A stretch of DNA of 64,000 bases from assembly GCA_964019425.1 (NCBI GenBank), contig OZ025790.1, positions 930,001 to 994,000 of the forward strand, written 5' to 3'. The DNA is from Flectonema sp. DT1601. Lineage: Eukaryota. This document shows positions 11,491 through 22,182 of this stretch, piece by piece (within the stretch, counting starts at the first letter, position 1; every line of letters starts with the position of its first letter). The notes under the pieces are model-generated. The model was given only the letters and a program-made list of their open reading frames with translations, ran no database searches and had not been told where the DNA came from. The position numbers were made by a program, and so were the translations under genes.

Positions 11491-14187
11491 TTATCCAATA
11501 AATGACCGACGGGTGCTGAGTCTACGACTTCTCTTTCTCTCCGTGTTAAGAAGTTTTGAACCACAGAAATCAGAAGAAAAATCAGAAGACCCTTGAAGTT
11601 GATGAACACATGACAGTAGGTATGATAAAAAAGTTCTAACTCTAACTGCGAGTGGAGCGTATGGATTCCTAACGTGATAAACTGCGAGACAGCAAAGGGC
11701 GTCTTCAAATTCACAATAAACCATCCATCCTTCTTTAGTGTCAGCATCGTCTTGAAATTGTCTAAAAACAAGAGTTGCTTCCTTCTGAGTTAAGATATCA
11801 TCTAGTAAGTTTAATTGTTCCAACAACAACAACCATTCGTCGAGAGAAAGAGTGTTGGGATCAGCAACTACTGGTGATGTCTTTTTTATCCCTTTACCAC
11901 TATTTTTTAAATGTGCTTCCGCATCCCTACATGCACTGCTAGTGAAGAGCCACATTAAGTCTTTTCTGTGCGTGTCAACCACTGCTTGAACCGATTCACT
12001 CCAAATGTTTTTTCGTAATTCTGATGCGGTGCTGCAACCTGCATTCGGTGAGAGGTCCTTTGTGATTGTATTCTCGAATATGGATGAGATTTTTTTATTT
12101 TTCGACTTCTTATCTTCTTTACTCCGAAACAACGACAATATCACCAGCAGCTGAATAAATTCAGATGCAATAAACCTTGAATCCATATTCACAACCTCGT
12201 CTTCAGTTGATTTATTTTTATTAAGTTGCATCGATGATGAAGTTACTTCGTCTCTGTCTGAGAAGACCGATTGCATTTCTTTATTTATGATGTTTATTTT
12301 AGCGAATAGCTTCGCCGCAGCTGGTTTTTTTATGATTCTAGTTAGTAGTTTACAATCTGTTAAGAATCTTGTGTATTGAGCAAAGTCCATCTGACCAAAA
12401 GAAGAATACTTTGAAAATATTTTACTCAAATCAACGAAATGTCTTTGAGTTGTCTGCTGCAACAAATGAATGTCAGCATCGCAAATTTCAGATTCGGTGC
12501 AGAAGTGTGGAACGAAATGACTTGTACAGAAATTACCCAATGATCCTATTGACTTTGCCGTCGATGCTATCTCAACTGACGATAACACATCCATAGGACT
12601 ACCTCTACCCCTTCGAAGCATAAGTGATAAACAATATTCATGGAGGATATGTTTTGCTTGCATCCATGAAATCACATTACGTGATACGAAGGAGAGCTCT
12701 GCATTCCTTTCAGAATAGTCAGATTTAATATCTGATAATGATGTTCCTCTAGGTTTACTTTTCATGAATGATCGTAACCGTCCATACCTAGACCAGATTC
12801 TACATAAAAGACAAACTACAATATCAGAAGCTCCCTCATAGATGAGTTTCGGAACCGCCTCAATTCCTATCGATCCCAACAACTCAGATGCTAATTCCAC
12901 TCTCCTCGATGCTTCTGATGGAATGTTTGGTATCGTTAAACCACACGCAATTGATAATAATTTTAGTATCAAAGTTCCATCTTTCCAATTCGATGAATAG
13001 TTAGTAATACAAGTCTCCTTGTCTTCTAATAATGATCTGACCCAAGGTAGGATGGTAAACTCTACTTCTCTACGACCAGCTTCTATATCACAAGTAAAAT
13101 TAACAGAATACTTTAACTTACTAACATCTCTGATATGATTAGTGATTATAGTCTTCCAGTGAGATGATTCAAGATGAAGGTGATCGAGTCTTATTGAGTC
13201 CGATTGTCTTTCAGTGGCGGCTTCTTGTTTTTCATTTTCAGCTCTCGCGGCCTTAGCACGTAATTCCGCTATTAATTTTTCGGTTGACTGAATCGTGCAT
13301 TCTTGATCATTACACTGCAATACTAGTTCCCGTACTTTGTGTCTCGCATGCTCTCTCTTTCGAGACATGGTAACGGATATTGTGTGCAATCTCCATGCAC
13401 AAAAGTGTCTGTGAACTAACATTCTCTTTGCTGATCGATCTGTAACCCTCCGAAGCGTTGCTGCTCTGTGTAGTAGTGTTTTAATAACTAATTGCCATGC
13501 TTTTAATATAATTCTTATGGTGGTTCGTTGCCAATGTCGGATTCCTCTTTTTAACACTTTTCCTTTTAAACACAAAGCCTTTTGAGCTATTATTTCTTTT
13601 CCTCTAAAATCTAAAAAATGATATTTCATTCTGGCAACATGTTCATACACAGGCATCTTAAAAAGATAGCCACTCAGGATACCGTGGCAACCTGCATTAT
13701 TAGTCCGTGATAGAATTCGGGCGTCAGCAACCCTATCAATAAACACACGTTGTTGTTGTTTGCAATGTCTAATCAATATATCAGCTGAAGTTCCTGAATA
13801 CGGAGATGGTAAATCCAACATCAGAGACATGGCATTATGGCTTAAGAATATATCACTTATAAGAACATTCTTTGATGCGATGAATTCTCTCCAACATTTC
13901 TTATTCGTTGGTCTAAGATATTCCAGCAGAGTACAACAAACTGCAGTAAGAATCGGATTTGGTGTTCCTAGACACTTCGTAACGCTCACCACGTGAGAGA
14001 GAATAAGTTCAGCAGCCAAAACCACTGATTGTGTCTTTTGCAGTGTTGCAGAATATGCTGCCGACCAACTAGCAGCGCACTCTTTCATTTTCATGCTGAG
14101 TTCGGCTTCTTCCACCCAATTGCAATAATTTCTGCATTCGATCCACTGAATGTCTTCAATACCAGTTGGGGCTGTTGTGGATTCCAT
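11491..14187 (-). CDS. Uncharacterised coiled-coil / calponin-homology / EF-hand-like protein
   Basis: 898-aa ORF with a CH-like segment (ILPWVRSLL...ITNYSSNWKDG) and EF-like C-terminus; paralogous to the neighbouring gene. Confidence 0.75.
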   Translation of the reverse strand: MESTTAPTGIEDIQWIECRNYCNWVEEAELSMKMKECAASWSAAYSATLQKTQSVVLAAELILSHVVSVTKCLGTPNPILTAVCCTLLEYLRPTNKKCWREFIASKNVLISDIFLSHNAMSLMLDLPSPYSGTSADILIRHCKQQQRVFIDRVADARILSRTNNAGCHGILSGYLFKMPVYEHVARMKYHFLDFRGKEIIAQKALCLKGKVLKRGIRHWQRTTIRIILKAWQLVIKTLLHRAATLRRVTDRSAKRMLVHRHFCAWRLHTISVTMSRKREHARHKVRELVLQCNDQECTIQSTEKLIAELRAKAARAENEKQEAATERQSDSIRLDHLHLESSHWKTIITNHIRDVSKLKYSVNFTCDIEAGRREVEFTILPWVRSLLEDKETCITNYSSNWKDGTLILKLLSIACGLTIPNIPSEASRRVELASELLGSIGIEAVPKLIYEGASDIVVCLLCRIWSRYGRLRSFMKSKPRGTSLSDIKSDYSERNAELSFVSRNVISWMQAKHILHEYCLSLMLRRGRGSPMDVLSSVEIASTAKSIGSLGNFCTSHFVPHFCTESEICDADIHLLQQTTQRHFVDLSKIFSKYSSFGQMDFAQYTRFLTDCKLLTRIIKKPAAAKLFAKINIINKEMQSVFSDRDEVTSSSMQLNKNKSTEDEVVNMDSRFIASEFIQLLVILSLFRSKEDKKSKNKKISSIFENTITKDLSPNAGCSTASELRKNIWSESVQAVVDTHRKDLMWLFTSSACRDAEAHLKNSGKGIKKTSPVVADPNTLSLDEWLLLLEQLNLLDDILTQKEATLVFRQFQDDADTKEGWMVYCEFEDALCCLAVYHVRNPYAPLAVRVRTFLSYLLSCVHQLQGSSDFSSDFCGSKLLNTERKRSRRLSTRRSFIG

Positions 14188-14450
14188 TTTCTTTTTTTAA
14201 ATTCTCTTTATTGCAACTACTACAGAAAGAAATAATAAAATAAAAACACTCACCACAATAAAACCTCACTGGAGGGAACAAAGTCAAAAGTGTAAGTGCT
14301 ACCAAGTAAAGAATATCAACCAAAGGAAAGGTTATCTATAGCCAGACTGCAAGTTGAAACAAAAGAAGCATAAATAGTGAAAACTATTGATATGGATCAA
14401 CACTTTGTAAAAAGTAGTTTGATTGTAAAACAGATACTCTGTAAAGAGGT

Positions 14451-17400
14451 CTATTTTGTTTTCTCATAAAAATCAACGAGCGATGAGACGAACCTTTCTG
14501 TTCGCAGTTCGATTCCGTTCCATGGCATAGGATCGTGATAAACAGCAATAGCAGATAATGAGTGCAAAAAATCATCAAACGACAATCCATTCTCATGCGA
14601 CTGCATCGTAGCAAAAATAGCACCAGCGTGCTGTGGGGTAAACCTAACAGTGAAACAATCCGATTCCGCTAACAGGGAATGATATCCCGTCCAACTCACC
14701 AAGTTCGATTCCGTCGAAGAGATATTTTTCGAAAACAAGATTTTCAAAACCGACATATGTCGCTTATATATCACCCGAATCTCAGGCATATCAACCGAAG
14801 CTCTGAATGCCAATAAATCAGAGAGTTTATTGTGAGGGATGATGGAGTCTTCTATGAGACTCCGAAGGGATTTTACCGGACCCTTTGTAGACTCTCTAGC
14901 AATCCTTAACAGCGCTAGAGATGGTTCACTGAGTGGATGTTGTCCAAGAGGAGGAAACGATGCACTGCAATTTGGAATCGCACACTGAGAACAGAACCGT
15001 TCCCAATCATTACAATTCATTGACATACAAGAACCTCCTTGTCCGAAACCTCCTGAGGAACAGACCAGGTTAACAAGGATCTTTTGAAGCATTAATGCAT
15101 TGTTTACTAATATCATTCTGCATTCTTCAGCATACTGATCTCCAACAATCCTACTGATGTCTTTTAATGAAGGTACTACATTTATTGGGTCAACAGATTT
15201 AGAAGGTCGTCTGCTACTAACTAATGAATACAGAGAAGATAAAAAGATCATGTGAGACTGACGAATGTCATCGAACTGTGTGAGATCTGGTGAGGGGACT
15301 ACGGTGGATGTGTCTTCTTCGGAAAGAATTTTTTTAATGATCAAAAATCTATCGCTACTCGATACGGATGAGAGATCATCGTCCATTCGATGTTTGGTAT
15401 ATTTTATTGGAAATAATTTAGCAATCAGCAATGTGTACCTGACATAATCGGATAGGTCCGTTGTAAAGTTTGAAACTTTTAATAAATTATTTCCTGGATA
15501 CCAATCACTCAACGTTTTTGACAACCATTTTAGAAGGACATGTTTCTTATCTAACTTCAGTACCTTTGACTCGTGAGAAGACAATAAATGTTTTTCAGGT
15601 AAAGCTTCAATGTTTTCTATAAAAGTTGAAGGACAAGGTGAAGATTCCGCTTTCGGACTTGGTTTTGAACATCCTGAGAGGATATCACCAAATGTCACTC
15701 TGTTTTTTAAATCCAACGACGCTATCATTTCTCGCTGATCAATATCCTGAATGGGAAGCACATCATCTTCCGGATAAGATTCGCACCATCGATTGTAGTC
15801 TTCTTCTGTGGGGATTAGGTTTTGTTTGTCACGTTCAACACTGCAAGTGACATTCACATTATCAGAATCTGAACTGTCGCTGGAATCGTTATCCAGTAGA
15901 GAGTCTCTGAGTAGTAAATCACCACCACCAGTATCCGTGTTTTGAATAAATCTATCCTTGGTGTTCACTTCGCTTGTTATATGGATCGTCTTGTTACTGA
16001 GTTCCTTGCACAGATGGTCACCTAATTTTGATGTGTATGCGAATTTCTCGTGTAGCATAAATATTAAACCCGAATTCTTTGAGCTTTTAGCCTTTAGTAT
16101 GTCGCTTGCTTTTATGATACCTTTTAAGTCTTTTTCTAGTAGTCTGGAAGCTATTTCTATAATTAGTTTTGCTTTTGTTTGTTCATCGATTTTTTGATTT
16201 GTGCAAGTCTGGACTAACCCTTGTTCTAGTGTATGGTTTGGGATCATTGTAGTCTCACCACCCAATGATTTTAAGAGGTAGGCGTAATTCACACACGATT
16301 GAAAATCCGTTACGAAATTTGTTATTTTTTTGTATGGAGATACTAAGGAATGGACTCTGTAATTAACCCATCGTAGAACTTCAGAAAAAGGAATTCTCGG
16401 TTTAGAATCAACATTGACAGGTGCTGCCACTTGAACTGGTGGTGAACATTCTTTCTTACCCAAGATGACGAGTGATGGCACAGATGGGTCGTCTGATATA
16501 ATCGAGTCCAATGCTTTTCGAGTATCCACTTCTTTTGATTTTAGAGCTTCTCCAATTCGCTTGTCTAAAACAACTACGTCTACTTCTTTTGTTGTTGTTG
16601 TTAATGAAGATTGATCATCTTCAATACTGTTGCTGTCAATCAGAGGGGTGGTATCTGAGGATGGTTTACCGTTTGTGTTTGACTCTGTTAGTATTCTTGG
16701 GCTGTTTTCATTTTTTAACTCAGTTTCATGATTGCTATTGTCGTCGTTATCGGGTTGTTCCACGGCTATTAGGTTATACTTGACTAGTAAATCGTGTAAT
16801 TTTCTTAAGGTGTTTTGACATTTTAATTTTTCTGATTGGTAATATTCTAAGTTCGCTTGCATTGCCGTCCATCCAGATTCAAGTTCCAGGAGTCTTTTTC
16901 CCATTTTAATATTAATTCCTTTCGCTCTTACCATGTCTATGTCTTCCTTCGTTCTACTTCTTCTACACCTTGCCACATCTCTCCACTGTTGAAAACAGTC
17001 TTTAGCCAAGTGTTGACGTTTTCTAAAGAATAATTTCTCCGTTAAACTTCTTATTTTAACTTTTTTCGCACGTTCTTTCTTTCCAGCAGTCCTCCACTGC
17101 TGTAAATAAATTCTGAGAAGGCTGAGCTGCCATCGGTTGATAGCAGCGTTTAATACAGCCGTGATTGGTATGTCTCTACTTCTGTCTAATGTTAAGGCGT
17201 TTTCTTGTAATAGAAGCTGTCGGCATACTTGAAAGTATGATGAGCGTTCGCTCAAATCATGAACTGTTACTTTTTTATTTTTAGAATTCTTTTGACTATC
17301 AAACTGCGAAGGAAGAATTTCACAAGTTTGCTCTTTCTGAGAATCTTCATTTTCATGGACAGGCTCACTGGTTTCACTGCATTCAGTTTCCGTATCTGAT

Positions 17401-18101
17401 GACCTGTAACACTTTTGAGTTGGGTTTGCGACTTGTCGAGGAAGTGGAAGCAACGCAGGCAGATCAACGCCGTGAAATTCCGTATTGGATGGCCACTCGT
17501 GATATATTGATGAATATATCTCATCTTTTAACTGTGTGAGAACAGGTTCGTATCTACCAAATAATGATGTTACCCTATCGAGAATCATACAACAGATTGC
17601 CGTTCGTAAAGGGTTCGGTTTGTGAAGATGGGCAGTGTCAGCAACGATTTTTTTTAACGTTAATTCAGCCCAAGTCGCGACACTTGAAAATGCAACTTGT
17701 TCGTTTTGATAATTACTCATCCAAGCTGAGAGGTTGGATGATAAATCAACTGCTGTTGGATCTGTAAAACACTTTACATTTATTGATTTAATCTGTCTTG
17801 GAATACTATCGTGTTTAGATCTCAACATAGCCCTCTGACAACTCGATCCCGTGGTGTCTTTTACAATCCATTTCCCTTTGCTATTCTTAATTGTTTTTAT
17901 AGTATCCTTTCTACTTATTAACAAGTGACTTGATATATTTTTTAACTTTCCCTTTTCTGATAATTTCCAAGTATTGCTGGCGCCGCTTCGTTGATATTCA
18001 CTAGGAGCAGGTGGTGGAGGCCCATTTAGCAGTGATGGTAGGGCTGGAAGCTTTCTGACACTTCCCGATATTCCAGCACGGAGCGGACGCGGCTCTTCCA
18101 T
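14451..18101 (-). CDS. Uncharacterised protein with two calponin-homology-like domains (likely start MEEPRP at 18101)
   Basis: Long ORF with VLRWVN...ITNFVTDF and LLKWLS...VSNFTTDLSD CH-like motifs. The ORF extension upstream of 18101 is homopolymer-derived. Confidence 0.75.
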   Translation of the reverse strand: MEEPRPLRAGISGSVRKLPALPSLLNGPPPPAPSEYQRSGASNTWKLSEKGKLKNISSHLLISRKDTIKTIKNSKGKWIVKDTTGSSCQRAMLRSKHDSIPRQIKSINVKCFTDPTAVDLSSNLSAWMSNYQNEQVAFSSVATWAELTLKKIVADTAHLHKPNPLRTAICCMILDRVTSLFGRYEPVLTQLKDEIYSSIYHEWPSNTEFHGVDLPALLPLPRQVANPTQKCYRSSDTETECSETSEPVHENEDSQKEQTCEILPSQFDSQKNSKNKKVTVHDLSERSSYFQVCRQLLLQENALTLDRSRDIPITAVLNAAINRWQLSLLRIYLQQWRTAGKKERAKKVKIRSLTEKLFFRKRQHLAKDCFQQWRDVARCRRSRTKEDIDMVRAKGINIKMGKRLLELESGWTAMQANLEYYQSEKLKCQNTLRKLHDLLVKYNLIAVEQPDNDDNSNHETELKNENSPRILTESNTNGKPSSDTTPLIDSNSIEDDQSSLTTTTKEVDVVVLDKRIGEALKSKEVDTRKALDSIISDDPSVPSLVILGKKECSPPVQVAAPVNVDSKPRIPFSEVLRWVNYRVHSLVSPYKKITNFVTDFQSCVNYAYLLKSLGGETTMIPNHTLEQGLVQTCTNQKIDEQTKAKLIIEIASRLLEKDLKGIIKASDILKAKSSKNSGLIFMLHEKFAYTSKLGDHLCKELSNKTIHITSEVNTKDRFIQNTDTGGGDLLLRDSLLDNDSSDSSDSDNVNVTCSVERDKQNLIPTEEDYNRWCESYPEDDVLPIQDIDQREMIASLDLKNRVTFGDILSGCSKPSPKAESSPCPSTFIENIEALPEKHLLSSHESKVLKLDKKHVLLKWLSKTLSDWYPGNNLLKVSNFTTDLSDYVRYTLLIAKLFPIKYTKHRMDDDLSSVSSSDRFLIIKKILSEEDTSTVVPSPDLTQFDDIRQSHMIFLSSLYSLVSSRRPSKSVDPINVVPSLKDISRIVGDQYAEECRMILVNNALMLQKILVNLVCSSGGFGQGGSCMSMNCNDWERFCSQCAIPNCSASFPPLGQHPLSEPSLALLRIARESTKGPVKSLRSLIEDSIIPHNKLSDLLAFRASVDMPEIRVIYKRHMSVLKILFSKNISSTESNLVSWTGYHSLLAESDCFTVRFTPQHAGAIFATMQSHENGLSFDDFLHSLSAIAVYHDPMPWNGIELRTERFVSSLVDFYEKTK

Positions 18102-18823
18102 ATAGATTTTTTTTTCAAATATCCTGTAATGGCATAAAAATACTTTGGACGCATCTGGAAGATCCGTTTTCCCATAATTAAAAAAAATTAAATTTAGAAA
18201 AGAAAAAAAAAAGGGGAGACACGCGTATTTTTTATTTTTTTTTTTATTCATCTGCTAAATTACATTAGGAAAAGCAAAACTGCTTTTATTTTGAAAAATC
18301 ATGTTGCTGAACACGCCAACAGCGTGTTGTGTAAGAGGGAGGTTATGTAGATGTGGTATAAATGACGTTTATGTTTTTTTTTTTTTTCTTTTTTTTTCCC
18401 CCTCTTGTTTCGTTCTCTTTTTACCAAAACCGAATGTGAAGTTCCTGTAAAGGAAAAACAACGCAGAGAGTTTTTCTTTTTTTGTTGTTGTTTTTGTTTT
18501 TTTCCGTTTCAACTTTTCACTAAACCTAACCGTATTTAATGATTTTGGGTCCTCTTTTGTTCCCTGATTCGTTTGCCAATATAAAACAACCAAAAAAAAA
18601 AAAAAAAAAAGAGGACTGACAAAGGGGTGAAACTTTGACAATGTAAAAACAGTAGCAACTTTAGGTATTAAAAAACAAAATTAATATCAAAGTACTTGAC
18701 TGAAAAAAAAATTGACAAAAGGGGGGAAAATAAATATAAATATGGAATATTATTAACAAACGTTGCCTTCGTAAAAAAATAAAATCAGAGCATGTGATAA
18801 TCCAAAAATGAGATCATCGTTCA

Positions 18824-21793
18824 CTACACGAGGTAGTTATCAAGAAGTAATTCGTCAGCAGTTGGTCTGTCAAGATGATCTCTTTGAAGGCAACTTTCAA
18901 TGAACGAAACAGCATCAGCGTCTGACAATGGAGGAATTTCAGGTTTCGTTTTTCCATTCGCAACTGCAAATAAAAACGCATGAGGCTCAAATGTAAGATT
19001 GCTATACGCGTGTTTCCCCGTCAACATCTGAGCAAGTGTTATCCCAACCGCCCAAATGTCAGCAGCAGTAATTGCCTGTCCTTTACAAGCTTCCGGAGAC
19101 ATGTATAATAAAGTTCCAACTACTTTTTCACCAACTACATCACCCATGACAGCGGATGCTCCAAAATCTGATAATTTGCACTGACCGTCAATTTGGACCA
19201 GGACATTTCCCGGTTTGAAATCTCGATGTGTTACATTCTTGTTATGTAAATACTTTAGTCCTCGTAGACAGTCTTTGATGTACCGTTTGGCGCTAGTTCC
19301 TGGAATGGTCCCAAACTGTTCGAGAAGGTTTTGTAGTGAACCGCCAGGAACGTATTCCATGCAAATTATAACACCACCTCTTGTGACTAGAACAGAGAAA
19401 TAGCAAACAATATTCTCGTGTTGGAGAGCAGATAAAAGCTCGACTTCTTTTTTAACTTCTGACACACGTTCAGTATCAACAATGCTATGCAAAGGTGAAC
19501 CGTATTCTGACGAATCTGATGAACCAGATGAAGTCATCGTGTCCAACACCCCAGTTGATGGTCCAGTCCCAATATCAGTAGAAGCGCGTTGGTTGGCTAG
19601 GCGGAGTTTTTTCATCGCAACAAGTCCACCATCCTCACCCATTCCAAGCCAAACTTCACCATAAGAACCCTTACCGAGGCATTTATCAGACATATACCAT
19701 AGCGCTCCTTGAAGGTCTTTGAATTTGTAATTATTTTGAATACCGTCATCAAGTCTCTTTGCGGATGTTGAGACTGAAGCCATGTCATCGGCATTCGCGT
19801 TATCTAACTTTGACAAGGCGGATAAAAGTTGTTGTTTTGATTCAATAATCGATGGTAGAGCACCACACGAATCAGTTCGTCTTTCAAGAAAACTGTGAGT
19901 GTATTTTGTTATAAGTTTTTTTGCTTCTTCAGAAACTCCGTTTTCATCAGTAGTTTTGTGATCGACATCTTCAGCTGCTAGTTCAAGTTGTTGCCAACCA
20001 ATTACTCTTCTATAGTATGGTTGATGAATCAGACCTGGAGATTGAATTTCAGCAGCAGCTAATTTGAGTAATCGAAGAGCCTGTCGATCATCTGGACTGC
20101 TACGAAGATGATCAACCAGAAGAGAAATAGCAGCTTCGTTATTGTTCTTTCTGAAATTGGTAAACGCATTCGTGTATTTATCAAAAGATGGGTTCAAGGT
20201 CGATTCAATTATCTCATAAACAGAAACTAGTTCTTGTTCATCAGATTCAAAAGGTGTTGGTATTGCTTCCATAACATCCACAAGTCTACTGACAACTCTC
20301 GAAGACGTTGCTTCATGAACAGCCTCAGTCATTAGTATCCGAGCACCTATACATCGACAAAGTGCTGTGAGAGCTTCAACTTGATGAATCGGTCCACCCA
20401 AAACAAACGGTGATCGTTGCCACTCCAATCCAGTAGATCCAACAGCAAGCTTACCAGATGCTAATGCACAACAAAAAAATGGAAATTGAAGCATAGAAGA
20501 AGTAATCGCTCTAGTTATTGACAAAGCACACATAGTAGCTGATAAAGCATGACGAGGACATGGTAAATGAGTGTTCCATGAAGCAAGAAGAATAGTTCCA
20601 CGTAAATCAAGTGCGATACCACCAGAACTTCTGACTTCTTCTAAAACTATTTCTGCGTAGGGTGCTGCGAGTTCAAAGCTTTCCTGAAGTCCTAAAAATG
20701 AAACGTCAAACATAGATCGTAGTAAGGATCCTTTTCTCATACGCACACCAACTTCAAGTCGTTCTTTTAGACGAGTTTCGTCAGCGACTAAATGGATTTC
20801 ACGAAGCTCAACAATCTTCTGACTTTCATCCTTTTTAGGTGAGTTGTGAATAGTCTCAGAAACCTGTCCCGGAAGGATGCTTGACAACTCAAGAGAATCC
20901 AGTTGTCCGAATGACTCGTTGTTGTCTTCGTCAAAATCAGCTTCATCACCTTTCGCAAATACAGATGCGGGTAAGTATGGTCTGTACATACGAAGGTTCT
21001 GTAACAGTCTTTGAAAAGGTACTTTTAAAGCCATCGATTCGTTCATAACAACTAACCTCTGAGCGTGTTCTAAATCAAACCGAACTAGCGCATGTGCAAC
21101 TTCTTCTGCGACAAATATTGATAGGCGGAGACGTTCTTTTTGTCTTTCTAATCCTAAAGCGAATCTTCTTGTGAGGATGTAGTCGAGAGTGAAAACACCG
21201 AGGCGGAGTATTAGTGCGGTGCATCCCCATGAGACTCCCTCCTCTTTTGCAGCAGTAGTGTTATCCCATTGTGGGATCTCATCATACATGCCAAACCGAA
21301 AGGCGTCTTCAACTGTTCTTATGACTAACCAAACAGTTACAAAACAAAAACAACACCAAGAAAGCTTTCCCCTTCCTTCAGTCACGAGTAAACAATCCAT
21401 TAAAAGTATTGCAATGGTCCATTGTTCTGAACTACCAACATTAACAAGATCAGAACAAAGACAGCAGACCAACAGAACTGTCACTGCTCCTTGTGTTGTT
21501 TTATTACTCAATCCTTTTGTCTTAAATCCAGCAACCACCACCACTAATAAAGTGATAAGAGCTACTACAGAAAGCGATATACGAATTGGTCCAGATGTTT
21601 GATAGTTTACGAGCTCATACAGCAAGAATAATAAAAAAAATAAAAACACTGAGAGAGCAGGGGGTAATAATAAAACCTTTCTCCGAATGGAATCTGGTGA
21701 TTCCCCTTCCTGTTGGGCGGCTCTTAAAAATGGAGCGCAGCAATCCCAAAAGTCATCCCACAGATCATAATCGTCGGTGTCGGTTGCCTCCAT
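18824..21793 (-). CDS. Multi-TM protein with degenerate class III nucleotide-cyclase-like domain and C-terminal STE11/MEKK-like kinase
   Basis: Several hydrophobic helices at the N-terminus; kinase motifs GKGSYGEV, VAMK, MEYVPGGSL, HRDFKPGN, DFG, GTLLYMSPE; central cyclase-like fold. Confidence 0.85.
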   Translation of the reverse strand: MEATDTDDYDLWDDFWDCCAPFLRAAQQEGESPDSIRRKVLLLPPALSVFLFFLLFLLYELVNYQTSGPIRISLSVVALITLLVVVVAGFKTKGLSNKTTQGAVTVLLVCCLCSDLVNVGSSEQWTIAILLMDCLLVTEGRGKLSWCCFCFVTVWLVIRTVEDAFRFGMYDEIPQWDNTTAAKEEGVSWGCTALILRLGVFTLDYILTRRFALGLERQKERLRLSIFVAEEVAHALVRFDLEHAQRLVVMNESMALKVPFQRLLQNLRMYRPYLPASVFAKGDEADFDEDNNESFGQLDSLELSSILPGQVSETIHNSPKKDESQKIVELREIHLVADETRLKERLEVGVRMRKGSLLRSMFDVSFLGLQESFELAAPYAEIVLEEVRSSGGIALDLRGTILLASWNTHLPCPRHALSATMCALSITRAITSSMLQFPFFCCALASGKLAVGSTGLEWQRSPFVLGGPIHQVEALTALCRCIGARILMTEAVHEATSSRVVSRLVDVMEAIPTPFESDEQELVSVYEIIESTLNPSFDKYTNAFTNFRKNNNEAAISLLVDHLRSSPDDRQALRLLKLAAAEIQSPGLIHQPYYRRVIGWQQLELAAEDVDHKTTDENGVSEEAKKLITKYTHSFLERRTDSCGALPSIIESKQQLLSALSKLDNANADDMASVSTSAKRLDDGIQNNYKFKDLQGALWYMSDKCLGKGSYGEVWLGMGEDGGLVAMKKLRLANQRASTDIGTGPSTGVLDTMTSSGSSDSSEYGSPLHSIVDTERVSEVKKEVELLSALQHENIVCYFSVLVTRGGVIICMEYVPGGSLQNLLEQFGTIPGTSAKRYIKDCLRGLKYLHNKNVTHRDFKPGNVLVQIDGQCKLSDFGASAVMGDVVGEKVVGTLLYMSPEACKGQAITAADIWAVGITLAQMLTGKHAYSNLTFEPHAFLFAVANGKTKPEIPPLSDADAVSFIESCLQRDHLDRPTADELLLDNYLV

Positions 21794-21864
21794 TTTCGTG
21801 GAACGACCTAATCATCAAAAAAAAATAATAATGTTATTCACTTAATAACAGTCAAAGGGAGAGC

Positions 21865-21911
21865 GAGATAAGATTAGAATAGCTAGCGCGCTGTACGCCA
21901 TGTCGAAGAAC
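21865..21911 (-). repeat. Shared upstream/leader motif F (second copy 63938-63980)
   Basis: GAGATAAGAT.AGAATAGC(TAGC)GC.CTGTA.GCCATGTCGAAGAAC at both loci, each just upstream of an ATG on the minus strand. Confidence 0.75.
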
Positions 21912-22182
21912 TGGTTACAGAATAATAACAGCAGGCGTATTTCAGAGGAATTGTCACCTCAGATTTCCGAATAGCAACCTGAAAGAAAAAAGAAGAATCG
22001 AAAATACGATATTTTTGATATAATGAAAACCATTTGTTGCAGCTAGTTATTCAACTAAAGAAAATGAAAAAAAAAAAAAAAAAAAGAGAAACTACAAAAT
22101 CTCTTTCACCAAAAGTAACTCAGCATGTTTGGTGTGGTCATCAACCATGAATATGACCCGATAAGTGAAAGACGTAATAATT

